64,000 bases of DNA from Vicinamibacterales bacterium (lineage in GTDB: Bacteria > Acidobacteriota > Vicinamibacteria > Vicinamibacterales > UBA2999): assembly GCA_035495795.1 (NCBI GenBank), contig DATJFF010000080.1, positions 875 to 64,874 on the forward strand. Reading direction: 5' to 3'. Every line of letters starts with the position of its first letter. Position 1 is the stretch's first letter. Below are positions 10,427 through 20,331 of this stretch, one piece after another. Below the pieces are notes generated by a model. The model saw only the letters and a program-made list of their open reading frames with translations. It was not told the DNA's origin and did not search any database. Both the position numbers and the translations under genes were made by a program.

Positions 10427-10528
10427 CCCTCCTCTCTCACCCGGCACCGACCGCGGCCGGATCGTCGGGGTGGTACAGCCACGGCACGCATCGCGACGAC
10501 GACCTCGCATGCCGTGCATCCCAGCCGA

Positions 10529-10993
10529 CTACTGGCTGATTGCGCCGTTCGCCGAGACCGTCAGCGCATAGCCCGGCTCGTCGCCATTGCCGGGCGTCGT
10601 CGCGTTCTGGGCCAGGCGAATGCCGTTCGCGAAGACGTTGCGCGTCACGGCGCCGGTCGGGTTCTCGTCGCACGAGTTCTGGTCGTTGATTCTGAACGAC
10701 ACGCGAGTGCCGGTGGGCACGTCGGTGAAGGTCATCTCGTATCGATCCGGCGGGACCGGGGTCAGCGGAATGCCGTCGAAGCTCCGCCAGCTTGGATGGA
10801 TGTGCGTGGCGCCGACGCCGCTGACACAGCCCTGCGCGGACGCCGGCAGATCGGAACGCCGCTCGGTCGATCCCATGAACACGATCCGGACGGTCGCGTT
10901 CGTTGGCGGTGTCGGCGACGACGGCATGTCGTCGCAGGCTGCGAGCGTGAGGCCGGCGAGGACGGCGATGATGATGTACCACCGCGGCACCAT
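10529..10993 (-). CDS. hypothetical lipoprotein
   Basis: 154 aa; lipobox LAGLTLAAC followed by a Pro/Ser/Thr linker. Confidence 0.55.
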   Translation of the reverse strand: MVPRWYIIIAVLAGLTLAACDDMPSSPTPPTNATVRIVFMGSTERRSDLPASAQGCVSGVGATHIHPSWRSFDGIPLTPVPPDRYEMTFTDVPTGTRVSFRINDQNSCDENPTGAVTRNVFANGIRLAQNATTPGNGDEPGYALTVSANGAISQ

Positions 10994-11020
10994 GGCGCGC
11001 TCAGGCTCGGCGAATCAGCC

Positions 11021-11869
11021 TCACGATACGGATGATGACGACATGGTGACCGCGATCGTTGCGGTCGGCGGTGCCACACCTTCCGCCTTCAGGCGCTTCC
11101 AGACATCGAAGTTCAGGTCGCTCTTCAGTCTCCCCGCCGTTTTCAGGTGAACGTTGCTCCAGACCTGCAGCCGGAAGCTCAGGCTCGCCGGGCCGATCTC
11201 GACGAACTCGACTTCGGCGGCAGGCTCGCCACGAACGTCGGCATGAGCAGCGGCGGCGGCGAGCAGCACGCGGCGCACCAGCTCGGGATCCGACGCCGGC
11301 GCGACGTGGAACGTCAGCACGTAGCCGGTCAGCACGTTCGGCCGGCTCCAGTTCGTGACCGGCTCGGCGATGAACTGCGAGTTCGGCACGATCACGGCCA
11401 CATTCTCGTCGGTGACCAGCGTCGTGGCACGCGCGGCAATCTCGCGCACCTCGCCCACGGCGCCGGCGATCTCAATCCGCTGGCCAATCTTGATCGGCCG
11501 CTCGAACAGGATGATGAGACCGCTGAAGAAGTTGCTGGTGACCGCCTGGAGACCGAAGCCAAGCCCGACGCCGATGGCACCAATCAGGACGTTCAAGGAC
11601 GTCAGGTCGATGCCAGCCCCCTGCAGGATGACCAACGCGCCAATCGCGATCAGTCCGTAACGGAGGATGGTGCCCAGCGCCTCGCGGAGGCTGACTTCGA
11701 CGCCCCGTCGCGCGAGCACGTGGTCCACGAACCAATGCGTGATTCGGCGCGTGGCCCAAAGCAGGGCCGACATCAGCACCACGACCACCAGCAGGCGAAG
11801 CGGTGTGATCTGGCTTCCGGCGATGCCGGCGTTCAGAAATCGCACGATCGAATCGAAGATGGATGGCAT
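11021..11869 (-). CDS. mechanosensitive ion channel (MscS family)
   Basis: Three N-terminal TM helices followed by IGQRIEIAGAVGEVREIAARATTLVTDENVAVIVPNSQFI, the typical MscS beta-domain signature. Confidence 0.85.
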   Translation of the reverse strand: MPSIFDSIVRFLNAGIAGSQITPLRLLVVVVLMSALLWATRRITHWFVDHVLARRGVEVSLREALGTILRYGLIAIGALVILQGAGIDLTSLNVLIGAIGVGLGFGLQAVTSNFFSGLIILFERPIKIGQRIEIAGAVGEVREIAARATTLVTDENVAVIVPNSQFIAEPVTNWSRPNVLTGYVLTFHVAPASDPELVRRVLLAAAAAHADVRGEPAAEVEFVEIGPASLSFRLQVWSNVHLKTAGRLKSDLNFDVWKRLKAEGVAPPTATIAVTMSSSSVS

Positions 11870-11925
11870 GGAACGCTCGAGCCGGCGCGAGGGAAGGCGC
11901 CTCTATTGTGGCATCGAAGGCACAA

Positions 11926-11998
11926 GGGAAAGGCCAAAGGCCAAAGGCAAAAGGCAAAAGGCAGAAGGCAAAACAAAAAGCAGAAGGCAGAAGGCAGA
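11926..11998 (+). repeat. tandem heptamer array AAGGCAR, about 10 units
   Basis: gggaaaggccaaaggccaaaggcaaaaggcaaaaggcagaaggcaaaacaaaaagcagaaggcagaaggcag between the divergent MscS and AraC genes. Confidence 0.9.
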
Positions 11999-12048
11999 AC
12001 CTGTGCCTTGACGTTGCTGCCGGTCGCGCGACCTGTTAACGTCCAGCC

Positions 12049-12927
12049 GTGCCGCAGGCGATCAAGCCGAAGCGTTCGGATCCGGATCGGCTCCTCCTCG
12101 ACACCGGCGTCGTGTCAGCCGGCGAGTTCCGCTGCCCTGTCGATCACCCGCGCTTCGAAGACACCGGGCCGACCCGGCAGTACTGTTTCGTCTTTCCGCG
12201 AAACGCCTGCTGGATCGAGCACGAGGGCTCGCGGCCATTCGTCGCGGACTCCACGATCGTACCGCTCTACAACCAGGGTCATCCGTACCGCCGCGGCGTC
12301 ATCAGCGACGAAGGCGACCACACGGACTGGTTCGGCGTCGCGCCGTCAGTGCTTCGCGACATGGTCGCCGCACACGATCCGCTTCGCTCCGACCAGACTG
12401 AGGTCCTGTTTCCGACCTCCTTCGTGGCGGCGTCGGCGGAATCGTTTCTCGCGCAGCGGGTCGTGTTCCACCATCTGCGCTCGGGCATCACACCGGACTG
12501 GTTGTACCTCGAGGAGGTCGTGCTGACGCTGCTCGGCGACGTGCTCGAGCGCGCGTTTGGGAAGTCGGCGGCGCAGCCGCTCCCGCAAGCGCACACGGAA
12601 CTCGTCGAGCGCAGCCGCGAGCACCTGAATCGCACCTACTTGAAGAAGGAAGGCATCGCCGATGTCGCGGCCGCCGTGGGCACGTCCGAGTTCCATCTCT
12701 GCCGCATCTTCCGGCGCGCCACCGGTTCCAGCCTGCACGGCTATCGCACGGCTCTCCGCCTCCGACGCTCGCTCGAGTGGTTGCACGATGGAGGCGACAT
12801 CCTCACCGTCGCGCTCGAGGCCGGCTTCTCGCACCACAGCCACTTCACGGCTGCCTTCCACCGCGCCTTTGGCGTTGCGCCGTCGGCGTTCCGGACCGTC
12901 ATCTCGTCCCAGTTCCACCCCAGCTGA
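12049..12927 (+). CDS. AraC family transcriptional regulator
   Basis: C-terminal double HTH: HLCRIFRRATGSSLHGYRTALRLRRSLEWL ... GFSHHSHFTAAFHRAFGVAPSAFR; GTG start. Confidence 0.8.
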   Translation: MPQAIKPKRSDPDRLLLDTGVVSAGEFRCPVDHPRFEDTGPTRQYCFVFPRNACWIEHEGSRPFVADSTIVPLYNQGHPYRRGVISDEGDHTDWFGVAPSVLRDMVAAHDPLRSDQTEVLFPTSFVAASAESFLAQRVVFHHLRSGITPDWLYLEEVVLTLLGDVLERAFGKSAAQPLPQAHTELVERSREHLNRTYLKKEGIADVAAAVGTSEFHLCRIFRRATGSSLHGYRTALRLRRSLEWLHDGGDILTVALEAGFSHHSHFTAAFHRAFGVAPSAFRTVISSQFHPS

Positions 12928-12969
12928 GCACGATTCCGACAGCGGGCCGCGGCGGGCACGTGCTACTCC

Positions 12970-13494
12970 ATGCCGATGCGACTCCTGCTGCTGCTCGCTC
13001 TCTTGCAGACGCCGGCAACACCGGCCACTGCCGATGGTCCCTGTACCGCGGCCGAACATCACCAGTTCGATTTCTGGGTTGGCGACTGGGACGTGCGCGC
13101 CGCCACTGGACAGGCGCTGGGGACCAATCACATCACGTCCATCCTCGGCGGCTGTGCGCTGCAGGAGAACTGGTCCAGCGCCAACGGCAAGTCGCGTGGG
13201 GTTTCCATCAACGCCTTCGATCCGGCGGACCACCGCTGGCACCAGGAGTGGGTGGACAATTCCCCGTCGCGTCTCACGCTGACCGGTGGACTGGTCAGCG
13301 GACGGATGGTCATGGAACAGCGCGAGCCACCTTCAGCCGACGGCAAGGTCCAGGTCCAGCGGATCACCTGGACGCCGCTCGAGGACGGCCGGGTTCGGCA
13401 ACACTGGGAGGTCTCCGGCGATGGCGGCGCGACCTGGAAGACGTCGTTCGACGGTTATTACTCGCGCCGTCCGGCCGGGCCACCCGGGGTCTGA
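12970..13494 (+). CDS. hypothetical exported protein
   Basis: 174 aa; signal peptide MPMRLLLLLALLQTPATPATA; conserved-looking FDFWVGDWDV motif; family not confidently recognised. Confidence 0.55.
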   Translation: MPMRLLLLLALLQTPATPATADGPCTAAEHHQFDFWVGDWDVRAATGQALGTNHITSILGGCALQENWSSANGKSRGVSINAFDPADHRWHQEWVDNSPSRLTLTGGLVSGRMVMEQREPPSADGKVQVQRITWTPLEDGRVRQHWEVSGDGGATWKTSFDGYYSRRPAGPPGV

Positions 13495-13500
13495 CGGTGT

Positions 13501-13566
13501 CAAGGCAAAAGGCAGAAGGCAAAAGGCAGAAGAAGTCGAAACCAATTCCGCCATTTGCCTGCTGCC
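13501..13566 (+). repeat. AAGGCAR heptamer array (about 5 units) plus inverted partial copy
   Basis: caaggcaaaaggcagaaggcaaaaggcagaagaag, then tttgcctgctgcc at 13554-13566, which is the reverse complement of 13511-13523 with one mismatch. Confidence 0.85.
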
Positions 13567-13577
13567 TGACGCCTATC

Positions 13578-16500
13578 TCATCGCAAGCGGAAGTTCGCTG
13601 AGAGTGTCGAGCCGTCCGTCGTCGTCACGGCGACAACGTAACAGTAGCCGGCCCTCTTAGGCGTCTGCCAGTTGTAAACGAACTGCCCGGCCGCCGTGTC
13701 GTACCTCAACACAGTGCCGCCCGTGGCGACGAGTTCGACGTCGTCGGTCTGTCCGCCCGTGCACGATACTTCGGTGGCTCTGAGCTGGTTGACGATGCCG
13801 ATGTCGGTCAGTTCGGTCGATCCGGCGAACACCTCGAACTTGAGCGGGACGGTCGATCCGCCCTTCAAGACGTTCCACACACCCGCCATATCCACCGGGT
13901 CGTAGAAGCCGCTGAGGGTCCAAGCTGTCGCAACCGAGGAAACCGTGTACGTCACTGACGCCGTGCCAGCATTGCCGGCGCGGTCGACTGCGGAAGCGGT
14001 GACCGTGTGAGTTCCCAGCGCCGCGCTGTATCCCGAAACAACGCACGCGCCCTCCAGACCGGAGAGTGCGTCCAATGCGGAGCAGCCTGGAGCAGGCGGT
14101 ACGGACCCAAAGTTGTACGTCTGTCCGTCAGAAGGCCCTGCCACGAGCGACACGCTCGGCGAAGTCTTGTCCACCTTCACGGACGCGGTTGACAGCGCGC
14201 TGTTCCCAGCCCGATCCGCGCAGGTCGCGCTCACCGCGATCGCGCCGCCTTCACCCGACGACGTGCGGGAGTTCGTGCATTGGACCGCATCTACACCCGA
14301 GGCGGCATCGCCCCAGGTCCAGGTGACGGCCACGTCGCTATTGTTCCAGCCAGCCGCGTTTGGCAGCGGCAGCTGCGTGATTGCCGACGGGGCCGGCGCA
14401 GTCTTGTCGACACGAACCGAGTAAGGCGTCGACGCAGTGTTCCCTGCTACATCGGTGCATATCCCGGTCACCGTCAACGGGTTGCCCACGCCACTCGAGA
14501 CGCTCGTCGTCGGGCAGTGCACAGTATCGACGCCGGAGCCGCCAGCGTCGCCCCAGTTCCAAGTCACTGTCACGTCGCTGTTGTTCCACCCTGCGGCATT
14601 CGCTAGCGGCGACTGCACCGGCGACGCGGCCGGCCGTGTCTTGTCTACCTTTAGGGAGTAGGTATCGCTGGCAGTGTTCCCCGCCAGATCCGTGCAACTC
14701 GCCGGGACCGCAACCGCGGTGCCCTCGCCTGACGACGTACCAGCCGTCGTGCAACGGGCCGCGTCCACACCGGAGGTCGCGTCAGCCCACGTCCAGGTGA
14801 CGGTCACGTCGCCGTTGTTCCAGCCAGCTCCGTTCGCCAGCGGCAGCTGAGTGACGGCCGACCTGGTCGGCGCGGTCTTGTCTACCCGCACCGAGTACGA
14901 CGCGGTGGCGGGGTTCCCGGCCCGGTCGGTGCACGTAGCGGTCACGTTAACCGCGCTGCCCACGCCGGTCGACATGCGGGATGCAGCACAACTCACGGCG
15001 TCGATGCCGGACCCGCTGCCATCAGCCCAATTCCACTCCACGTTCACGTCGGTGTTGTTCCAGCCCGCGGCGTTGGCAAGCGGTGACTGCGCGGGCGAGG
15101 CGACGGGGCTGGTCTTGTCCAACCTTGCCGAGTACATCTCGCTGGCGACGTTCCCCGCCACGTCCTGGCACGTCGCGGTCGCCGATACGGGGTTCCCTTC
15201 TGCAGTCAACGTGCTGCTGGCCTGACAGTGGGTAAGATCCAGGCCAGATCCGGCCGCTTCGTCGGTCCAGTTCCAGGTGACTGTCACGTCGCTGTTGTTC
15301 CACCCAGCGGCATTGGCTCCCGGCGACTGGCTGATCGCCGATCCAGGGGCTGTCTTGTCCACCTTGACTGTGTAGGATGCGGTCCCCAGGTTCCCGGCGT
15401 AATCCCGGCAATCAGCCGTCAACGTAATGGCGCTGCCTTCACCGTTCGACGTCGATTCGAACGTGCAGCTCTCCTCGTCGACGCCGGTGCCGGCGCTATC
15501 GTCGCTCCAGTTCCAATGCACGACGACGTTCGTATTGTTCCATCCTGTGGCATTTGCAGGAGGCGTTTGCGTTGGTGCTGCCCTCGGCTCGATGCCGTCG
15601 GGCGGACGGCGATACTCCAGGACGCGGTGGTGGAAGACGTCGGCAACATAGAGGTTCCCCTGACGGTCCACGGACACGCTCTTCACCGCATTGAGCGTCG
15701 TGACGCTGGCCGGTTTTGGTGTGCCATCGGTGAAGGTGGACTGACCGTAGACCTGACTTGCCGTCGTGGCAGCGTCTGGAAAGAAGAGCACCCGATTGTT
15801 GCCCCGGTCGGCTACCCACAGATTGCCCTGACGATCCAGGCCGACACCCTCAGGCCCTCCCAGCTTGTCGGCCGCGGTTCCCGCGTTCCTGGTCGTGAAG
15901 TTGCCTGCCTGACCGTAGACGCGCGTGGCCGTAGTATTGCCATTCTCAAAGAACAACACCCGAACGTTGTCGCGATCGGCAACGTAGAGATTGCCGGCCT
16001 TGTCTACCGCCACTCCATAAGGGGCGTTCAGACTGGTGGCGGTCGGAGGTTGCGGGGGCAGACCGCTGATGGGCGAATCGAAGTCGGGCTGACCGTACTG
16101 GCGCTCCGCCTCGCTGTTGTTTCCCGCGCGATAGAACACCACACGGTGGTTGCCACGGTCGGCGATATACAAGTTGTCGTGCTGATCGAGCGCCACGGCG
16201 AAGGGCGCCGAGAGACCATTTTGTGTGGCGTGCAAGCTGCCGCGGTTGGCGGCGCGTCCTGAAAAACTTCCCTGACCGTAGACTATCGTGGCGGTCGTGC
16301 TGCTAGCCTCATAGACCAGCACCCGGTTGTTTCCTCTGTCGGCGACGTAAAGTCTGCCGAGGCTGTCCAGGGCCACGCCTTCGGGGCTGGACAGGCTGTT
16401 TGCGGTGGGCGTGCCGAACGAGTCATTGGCGGTAAGGCTGCCGTTCTGTCCGTACACGCGCGTCGCCACCGGGCTGCAAGGCACCTGATGGCAATCCTCG

Positions 16501-16808
16501 TTGGGGTCGCGAGCCTCGTAGAACAGCACGCGATGGTTTCCTGTATCCGCAACATAAACGTTGCCGAACTTATCCACCGTCACCCCGCCGGGCACGGCGA
16601 GACTCTGGTCGCTGGCGTTGCCCGCTGTAGCGCCTTTGTTCAAATCCGCGGTAGTAAAACTGCCGAGCTGGCCGTAGACGACGTCTGCCGTGCCATCTGG
16701 CGGCGTGCCGAGACCAACGATCGTTGCCGCGGCCAACAGGATCGCGAGAACGACTAACATCGAGGTCCTTGCGGTGAGGAGCTGATGCCTGGCTCGGTGT
16801 GGCGTCAT
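13578..16808 (-). CDS. giant exported protein: NHL-repeat beta-propeller + six tandem ~80-aa Cys-containing beta-sandwich repeats + Ig-like module + C-terminal PxKF-like domain
   Basis: Start trimmed to MTPHRARHQLL (TM/signal LVVLAILLAAATIV); six NHL-type blades (GNHRVLFYEA, GNNRVLVYEA, GNHRVVFYRA, DNVRVLFFEN, GNNRVLFFPD, FHHRVLEYRR); six repeats with AAGWNNSDVTVTWNW...C...C.D.AGN...V.VDKT.P; C-terminus GFYDPVDM...GSTVPLKFEV. Confidence 0.85.
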   Translation of the reverse strand: MTPHRARHQLLTARTSMLVVLAILLAAATIVGLGTPPDGTADVVYGQLGSFTTADLNKGATAGNASDQSLAVPGGVTVDKFGNVYVADTGNHRVLFYEARDPNEDCHQVPCSPVATRVYGQNGSLTANDSFGTPTANSLSSPEGVALDSLGRLYVADRGNNRVLVYEASSTTATIVYGQGSFSGRAANRGSLHATQNGLSAPFAVALDQHDNLYIADRGNHRVVFYRAGNNSEAERQYGQPDFDSPISGLPPQPPTATSLNAPYGVAVDKAGNLYVADRDNVRVLFFENGNTTATRVYGQAGNFTTRNAGTAADKLGGPEGVGLDRQGNLWVADRGNNRVLFFPDAATTASQVYGQSTFTDGTPKPASVTTLNAVKSVSVDRQGNLYVADVFHHRVLEYRRPPDGIEPRAAPTQTPPANATGWNNTNVVVHWNWSDDSAGTGVDEESCTFESTSNGEGSAITLTADCRDYAGNLGTASYTVKVDKTAPGSAISQSPGANAAGWNNSDVTVTWNWTDEAAGSGLDLTHCQASSTLTAEGNPVSATATCQDVAGNVASEMYSARLDKTSPVASPAQSPLANAAGWNNTDVNVEWNWADGSGSGIDAVSCAASRMSTGVGSAVNVTATCTDRAGNPATASYSVRVDKTAPTRSAVTQLPLANGAGWNNGDVTVTWTWADATSGVDAARCTTAGTSSGEGTAVAVPASCTDLAGNTASDTYSLKVDKTRPAASPVQSPLANAAGWNNSDVTVTWNWGDAGGSGVDTVHCPTTSVSSGVGNPLTVTGICTDVAGNTASTPYSVRVDKTAPAPSAITQLPLPNAAGWNNSDVAVTWTWGDAASGVDAVQCTNSRTSSGEGGAIAVSATCADRAGNSALSTASVKVDKTSPSVSLVAGPSDGQTYNFGSVPPAPGCSALDALSGLEGACVVSGYSAALGTHTVTASAVDRAGNAGTASVTYTVSSVATAWTLSGFYDPVDMAGVWNVLKGGSTVPLKFEVFAGSTELTDIGIVNQLRATEVSCTGGQTDDVELVATGGTVLRYDTAAGQFVYNWQTPKRAGYCYVVAVTTTDGSTLSANFRLR
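14142..15575 (-). repeat. in-frame tandem coding repeat, 6 copies of about 240 bp
   Basis: GWNN motifs at residues 451, 531, 611, 691, 769 and 849 of the track ORF give a period of 78-80 aa. Confidence 0.85.
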
Positions 16809-17069
16809 GGGACTGTCCTCGGATTCGCAGTAACCGTGGTGGTGACCGTTCCGGTCCTCGGCTGATCCCCCGCGGCCCGCACGCGCCCATTCCAATGTGG
16901 TCGGTTTGTGCCACCGGCATCGGCCGATTACGGACCCGATCTGGTACGCGCCATTCGGTTTTCGACTGGCTCACGACTGCCGTGTCTGGCCTTTACGGCG
17001 AACGGAGGTCGTGTTTAACTGTGGCCCGCCGCTGGGAAATGCCCAGCCCGGATGGTCGGAGGCCAGCCG

Positions 17070-19670
17070 ATGACGCGCGATGACTGGCAGCGCATCAAAC
17101 GTATTGCCGGCGAAGCCACCGAACGGCTTGCGCCCGAACGACCAGCGTTCATCGCCGAGGCGTGTGGCACCGACGCCGCGCTGCAGCGTGAGGTCGAAGC
17201 GCTGCTGAAGTCGATCGACGCTTCCGAGCACCTCTACGAAACGCCGGCGGTATCGATCGACGGCCGCTCCTTCGTTGACGCGTTTGGCCGACAGGCATTG
17301 GTGCCTGGCTCGATGGTCGGCTCATACCGGATCGTGCGCGAGATCGGCCGCGGCGGCATGGGCCGCGTCTTTCTGGGGGAACGGGCCGACGCGCTCTTCG
17401 AACGCCAGGTGGCCATCAAGATCGTCCGCCTCGGCGCCGATCCCGAGCTGCTCGTCGAGCACTTCACGCGCGAACGGCACATTCTCGCGGCGCTCGAGCA
17501 CCCGAATATTGCCCGACTGCTCGACGCCGGCGCCACCGACGACGGCCTGCCCTATGTCGTCATGGACTATGTGGCCGGCGTGCCAATTGACGAATATTGC
17601 GACGCCAATCATCTGGATCTTCGAGCGCGTCTCGAACTGTTTTGCCGCGTATGCGCGATCGTCGAGGCGGCGCACGAGCGGGCCATCGTCCACCGCGATC
17701 TGAAACCCGGCAACATCCTGGTCACCGCGGACGGCACGCCAAAGCTGCTGGACTTTGGTATCGCGAAGAATCTGGACGCCATGCCTGGAGGCACCGTCAC
17801 GCAGACGGCGCAGCGGTTACTCACGCCGATGAGCGCCGCGCCCGAACAGCTGTCCGGTGGCCCGACCACCCCGGCGATCGACGTGTACGCGCTCGGCGTT
17901 CTCCTCTATCAGCTCGTCGCGGGCGAGCATCCGTTCGCGGCGCAGGCCAACAACGCCGCGGCGCTCGAGCGCGCCATCCTCCGCGGCAGTCCGCGGCCGC
18001 CATCGTCCGTGAAGGTGACGACTGGTGATCTGCGGCCGATCAGCACGCAGCTTGGCGCCGCCACCGCGCTGGCCATCGATACCGTCACGCTTACCGCGCT
18101 TCGCAAGGAGCCCGCCGAGCGTTATCGCTCGGTCCGGGCCCTCGCCGACGACGTGCGCAGCGTTCGCGCCGGCGCGCGGCCGATCGGCGCGGGCGCGTTG
18201 GCGTTCGCGCCCTTGTCGGTCGTCAGTCGATACCGACGCGTTCTCTTGTTGAGCGCTGCGGTGATCGCGACGACGGCGGCGGCAGCCTGGTGGCTGGCCG
18301 AACCGGCTCCGGCCGTAGCGAAGGCGCCAGCAATGCAAACGGTCGCGGTGCGGCCGTTCCGTGACACTCCGGATGATGACAACAAGCTCGGTTGGGGGAT
18401 GGCGGATGCGCTGGTCACGCGACTGGGGGCCGTCCACGGACTCCGGGTGCGCGTGATCGTCGATGGCAGTCAGTCGCAGGACGCGGACCTGCCGGTGGCC
18501 GCCGGCGCAGGAGACATCGACGCTTTCATCGACGGCACGATCGAGCGCGCGGGTGGCCGGGTTCGCGTCCACTCGCGTCTGGTCGATGCGCGCAGCCGGG
18601 CCGCGATGTGGAGCTCACAATCCGAGGGAGACAGCGCGGAGCTCTTTGCGATTCAGGATCGGCTGAGCCTCGACATTGCGCGGAGACTCCTGCCGCAATT
18701 CGACGGATCCGGAATGCGGGCGAGATCGGGCACCGGCAGCGAGCAGGCCTACGATGCCTTCGTGCAGGGCCGCTACTACCTGAGCCTCGGAACACCGGAT
18801 TCCGTTCGCACGGCGCTCTGGCACTTCGAACGCTCGGCCGCCGCGGATCCCTTGTTTGCCTCGGCCCAGGCCGAATTGGCAACAACCTACGCCTGGCTGC
18901 GAAACCTGTCGCCGCTCTCTCCTCCCGACCAGTCGAGGCGCGGCCGCGAAGCCGCGACCCGCGCCCTGGGTCTCGATCCATTGCTCGGCGAGGCGCACGC
19001 GGCGCTCGGTGTCTTCATGCTCATCGACGACTGGAACTGGCCGGAGGCCGAGAGGGAGCTGCGCCGCGCGATCGAGCTCAGCCCCAATGAACAGCAGGCG
19101 GTGGTGTTCTACGCCGCCGGATTAGCCGCTCACCACAGGTTCGACGAAGCGCTGGAACACCTGCGCCGGGCCGCCGACAACGACCCGGTTTCGCGATCGC
19201 TGCCCAACCAGCTCGTGCGCGTGCTGTACATGTCCCGGCGCTTTCACGAGGCCGTCGACGAATGCGACCGGGTGCTGGCCACCGAGCCATCGTTCCGCAT
19301 GTCGTTTTGCGGACTCTCCCGCATCGAGGCTGGCGCCGGGCAGGATGGATTCGCGGAACTCGAGATGATCGCTCGCCAAGCGCGGCGGGCGGGGAATCTG
19401 AGCGCACTCGGCTACGCGTACGCTCGGGCTGGCAGAACCGCCGAGGCGCTGTCGCTGGCCGACGATATCGAACATCTGGCCGAGGAAGAGGGCTGCGTCC
19501 CGTACTATGTCGCGGAAGTGAAGGCGGGCCTCGGCGACCGCGAAGGAGCTGCGGCGCAACTCGAGCGAGCCCGCCAGGCTCACTGTCCCACCGTCATGAT
19601 GCGAATCCAGGTCGATCCCAAGTTCGATCTATTTACCGCTCAGGAACGCGCTCGGTTCCTGACGCCGTGA
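17070..19670 (+). CDS. Ser/Thr protein kinase with TM segment and C-terminal TPR region
   Basis: Start at MTRDDWQRIKRI, preceded by GGAGG; kinase motifs GRGGMGRVFLG, VAIK, HRDLKPGNIL, DFGIAK; TM VLLLSAAVIATTAAAAWWL; TPR-like helical repeats to the C-terminus. Confidence 0.85.
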   Translation: MTRDDWQRIKRIAGEATERLAPERPAFIAEACGTDAALQREVEALLKSIDASEHLYETPAVSIDGRSFVDAFGRQALVPGSMVGSYRIVREIGRGGMGRVFLGERADALFERQVAIKIVRLGADPELLVEHFTRERHILAALEHPNIARLLDAGATDDGLPYVVMDYVAGVPIDEYCDANHLDLRARLELFCRVCAIVEAAHERAIVHRDLKPGNILVTADGTPKLLDFGIAKNLDAMPGGTVTQTAQRLLTPMSAAPEQLSGGPTTPAIDVYALGVLLYQLVAGEHPFAAQANNAAALERAILRGSPRPPSSVKVTTGDLRPISTQLGAATALAIDTVTLTALRKEPAERYRSVRALADDVRSVRAGARPIGAGALAFAPLSVVSRYRRVLLLSAAVIATTAAAAWWLAEPAPAVAKAPAMQTVAVRPFRDTPDDDNKLGWGMADALVTRLGAVHGLRVRVIVDGSQSQDADLPVAAGAGDIDAFIDGTIERAGGRVRVHSRLVDARSRAAMWSSQSEGDSAELFAIQDRLSLDIARRLLPQFDGSGMRARSGTGSEQAYDAFVQGRYYLSLGTPDSVRTALWHFERSAAADPLFASAQAELATTYAWLRNLSPLSPPDQSRRGREAATRALGLDPLLGEAHAALGVFMLIDDWNWPEAERELRRAIELSPNEQQAVVFYAAGLAAHHRFDEALEHLRRAADNDPVSRSLPNQLVRVLYMSRRFHEAVDECDRVLATEPSFRMSFCGLSRIEAGAGQDGFAELEMIARQARRAGNLSALGYAYARAGRTAEALSLADDIEHLAEEEGCVPYYVAEVKAGLGDREGAAAQLERARQAHCPTVMMRIQVDPKFDLFTAQERARFLTP

Positions 19671-19734
19671 GACGCTCTCCATGTCCGGCGCGTCTTTGAC
19701 CCTCAGCCGCGATCGTGCTTAACTCACTCGCGCG

Positions 19735-20316
19735 ATGGACGACCCGCGGGAATTCGACATCACGCGGCTCCTACAGAGCTGGCAGCATGGCGATCGCGAG
19801 GCGTTCGACCAACTTGTCCCCCTGGTGTACGAGGAGCTGCGGCTGCTGGCGTCCCGGCAGCTGGCCCGCGAGTGGCGGGCCAATCGGCTGCAGACGACCG
19901 CCATCGTCAGCGAAGCCTACATGAAGCTGTTCGGGCAGCGCGAGGTGGACTGGCAGAACCGAGGCCATTTCTTTGCGATAGCCGCGCAGATGATGCGGCG
20001 AATCCTGGTCGATCATGCTCGACGCGAACGGCGGCACAAGCGTGGCGGCGGAGTGATGCACGTGGAGGTCACGGAGGCGGCGAACGTCGCGGAGCCCGCG
20101 GCCGTCGATGCGGTGGATGCGCTGGCATTGGACCGGGCATTGGAGAAGCTCGAGGAACTGGATCCCGAGCAGGCCAGGATTGTCGAGCTGCGGTTCTTCG
20201 GCGGCCTCTCGATCGACGAGACGGCAGCCACCCTCCAGGTCTCACCATCAACGGTCAAGCGCGATTGGGCGGTGGCCAGGGGCTGGCTCTACGCGGAGCT
20301 GACGGCAACCTCCTGA
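19735..20316 (+). CDS. ECF-type RNA polymerase sigma factor (Sigma70_ECF / TIGR02999-like)
   Basis: ITRLLQSWQHGDREAFDQLVPLVYEELRLLASRQL...HFFAIAAQMMRRILVDHARR...LSIDETAATLQVSPSTVKRDW, characteristic of this ECF subfamily. Confidence 0.85.
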   Translation: MDDPREFDITRLLQSWQHGDREAFDQLVPLVYEELRLLASRQLAREWRANRLQTTAIVSEAYMKLFGQREVDWQNRGHFFAIAAQMMRRILVDHARRERRHKRGGGVMHVEVTEAANVAEPAAVDAVDALALDRALEKLEELDPEQARIVELRFFGGLSIDETAATLQVSPSTVKRDWAVARGWLYAELTATS

Positions 20317-20331
20317 CACCTCCCTACTTCC

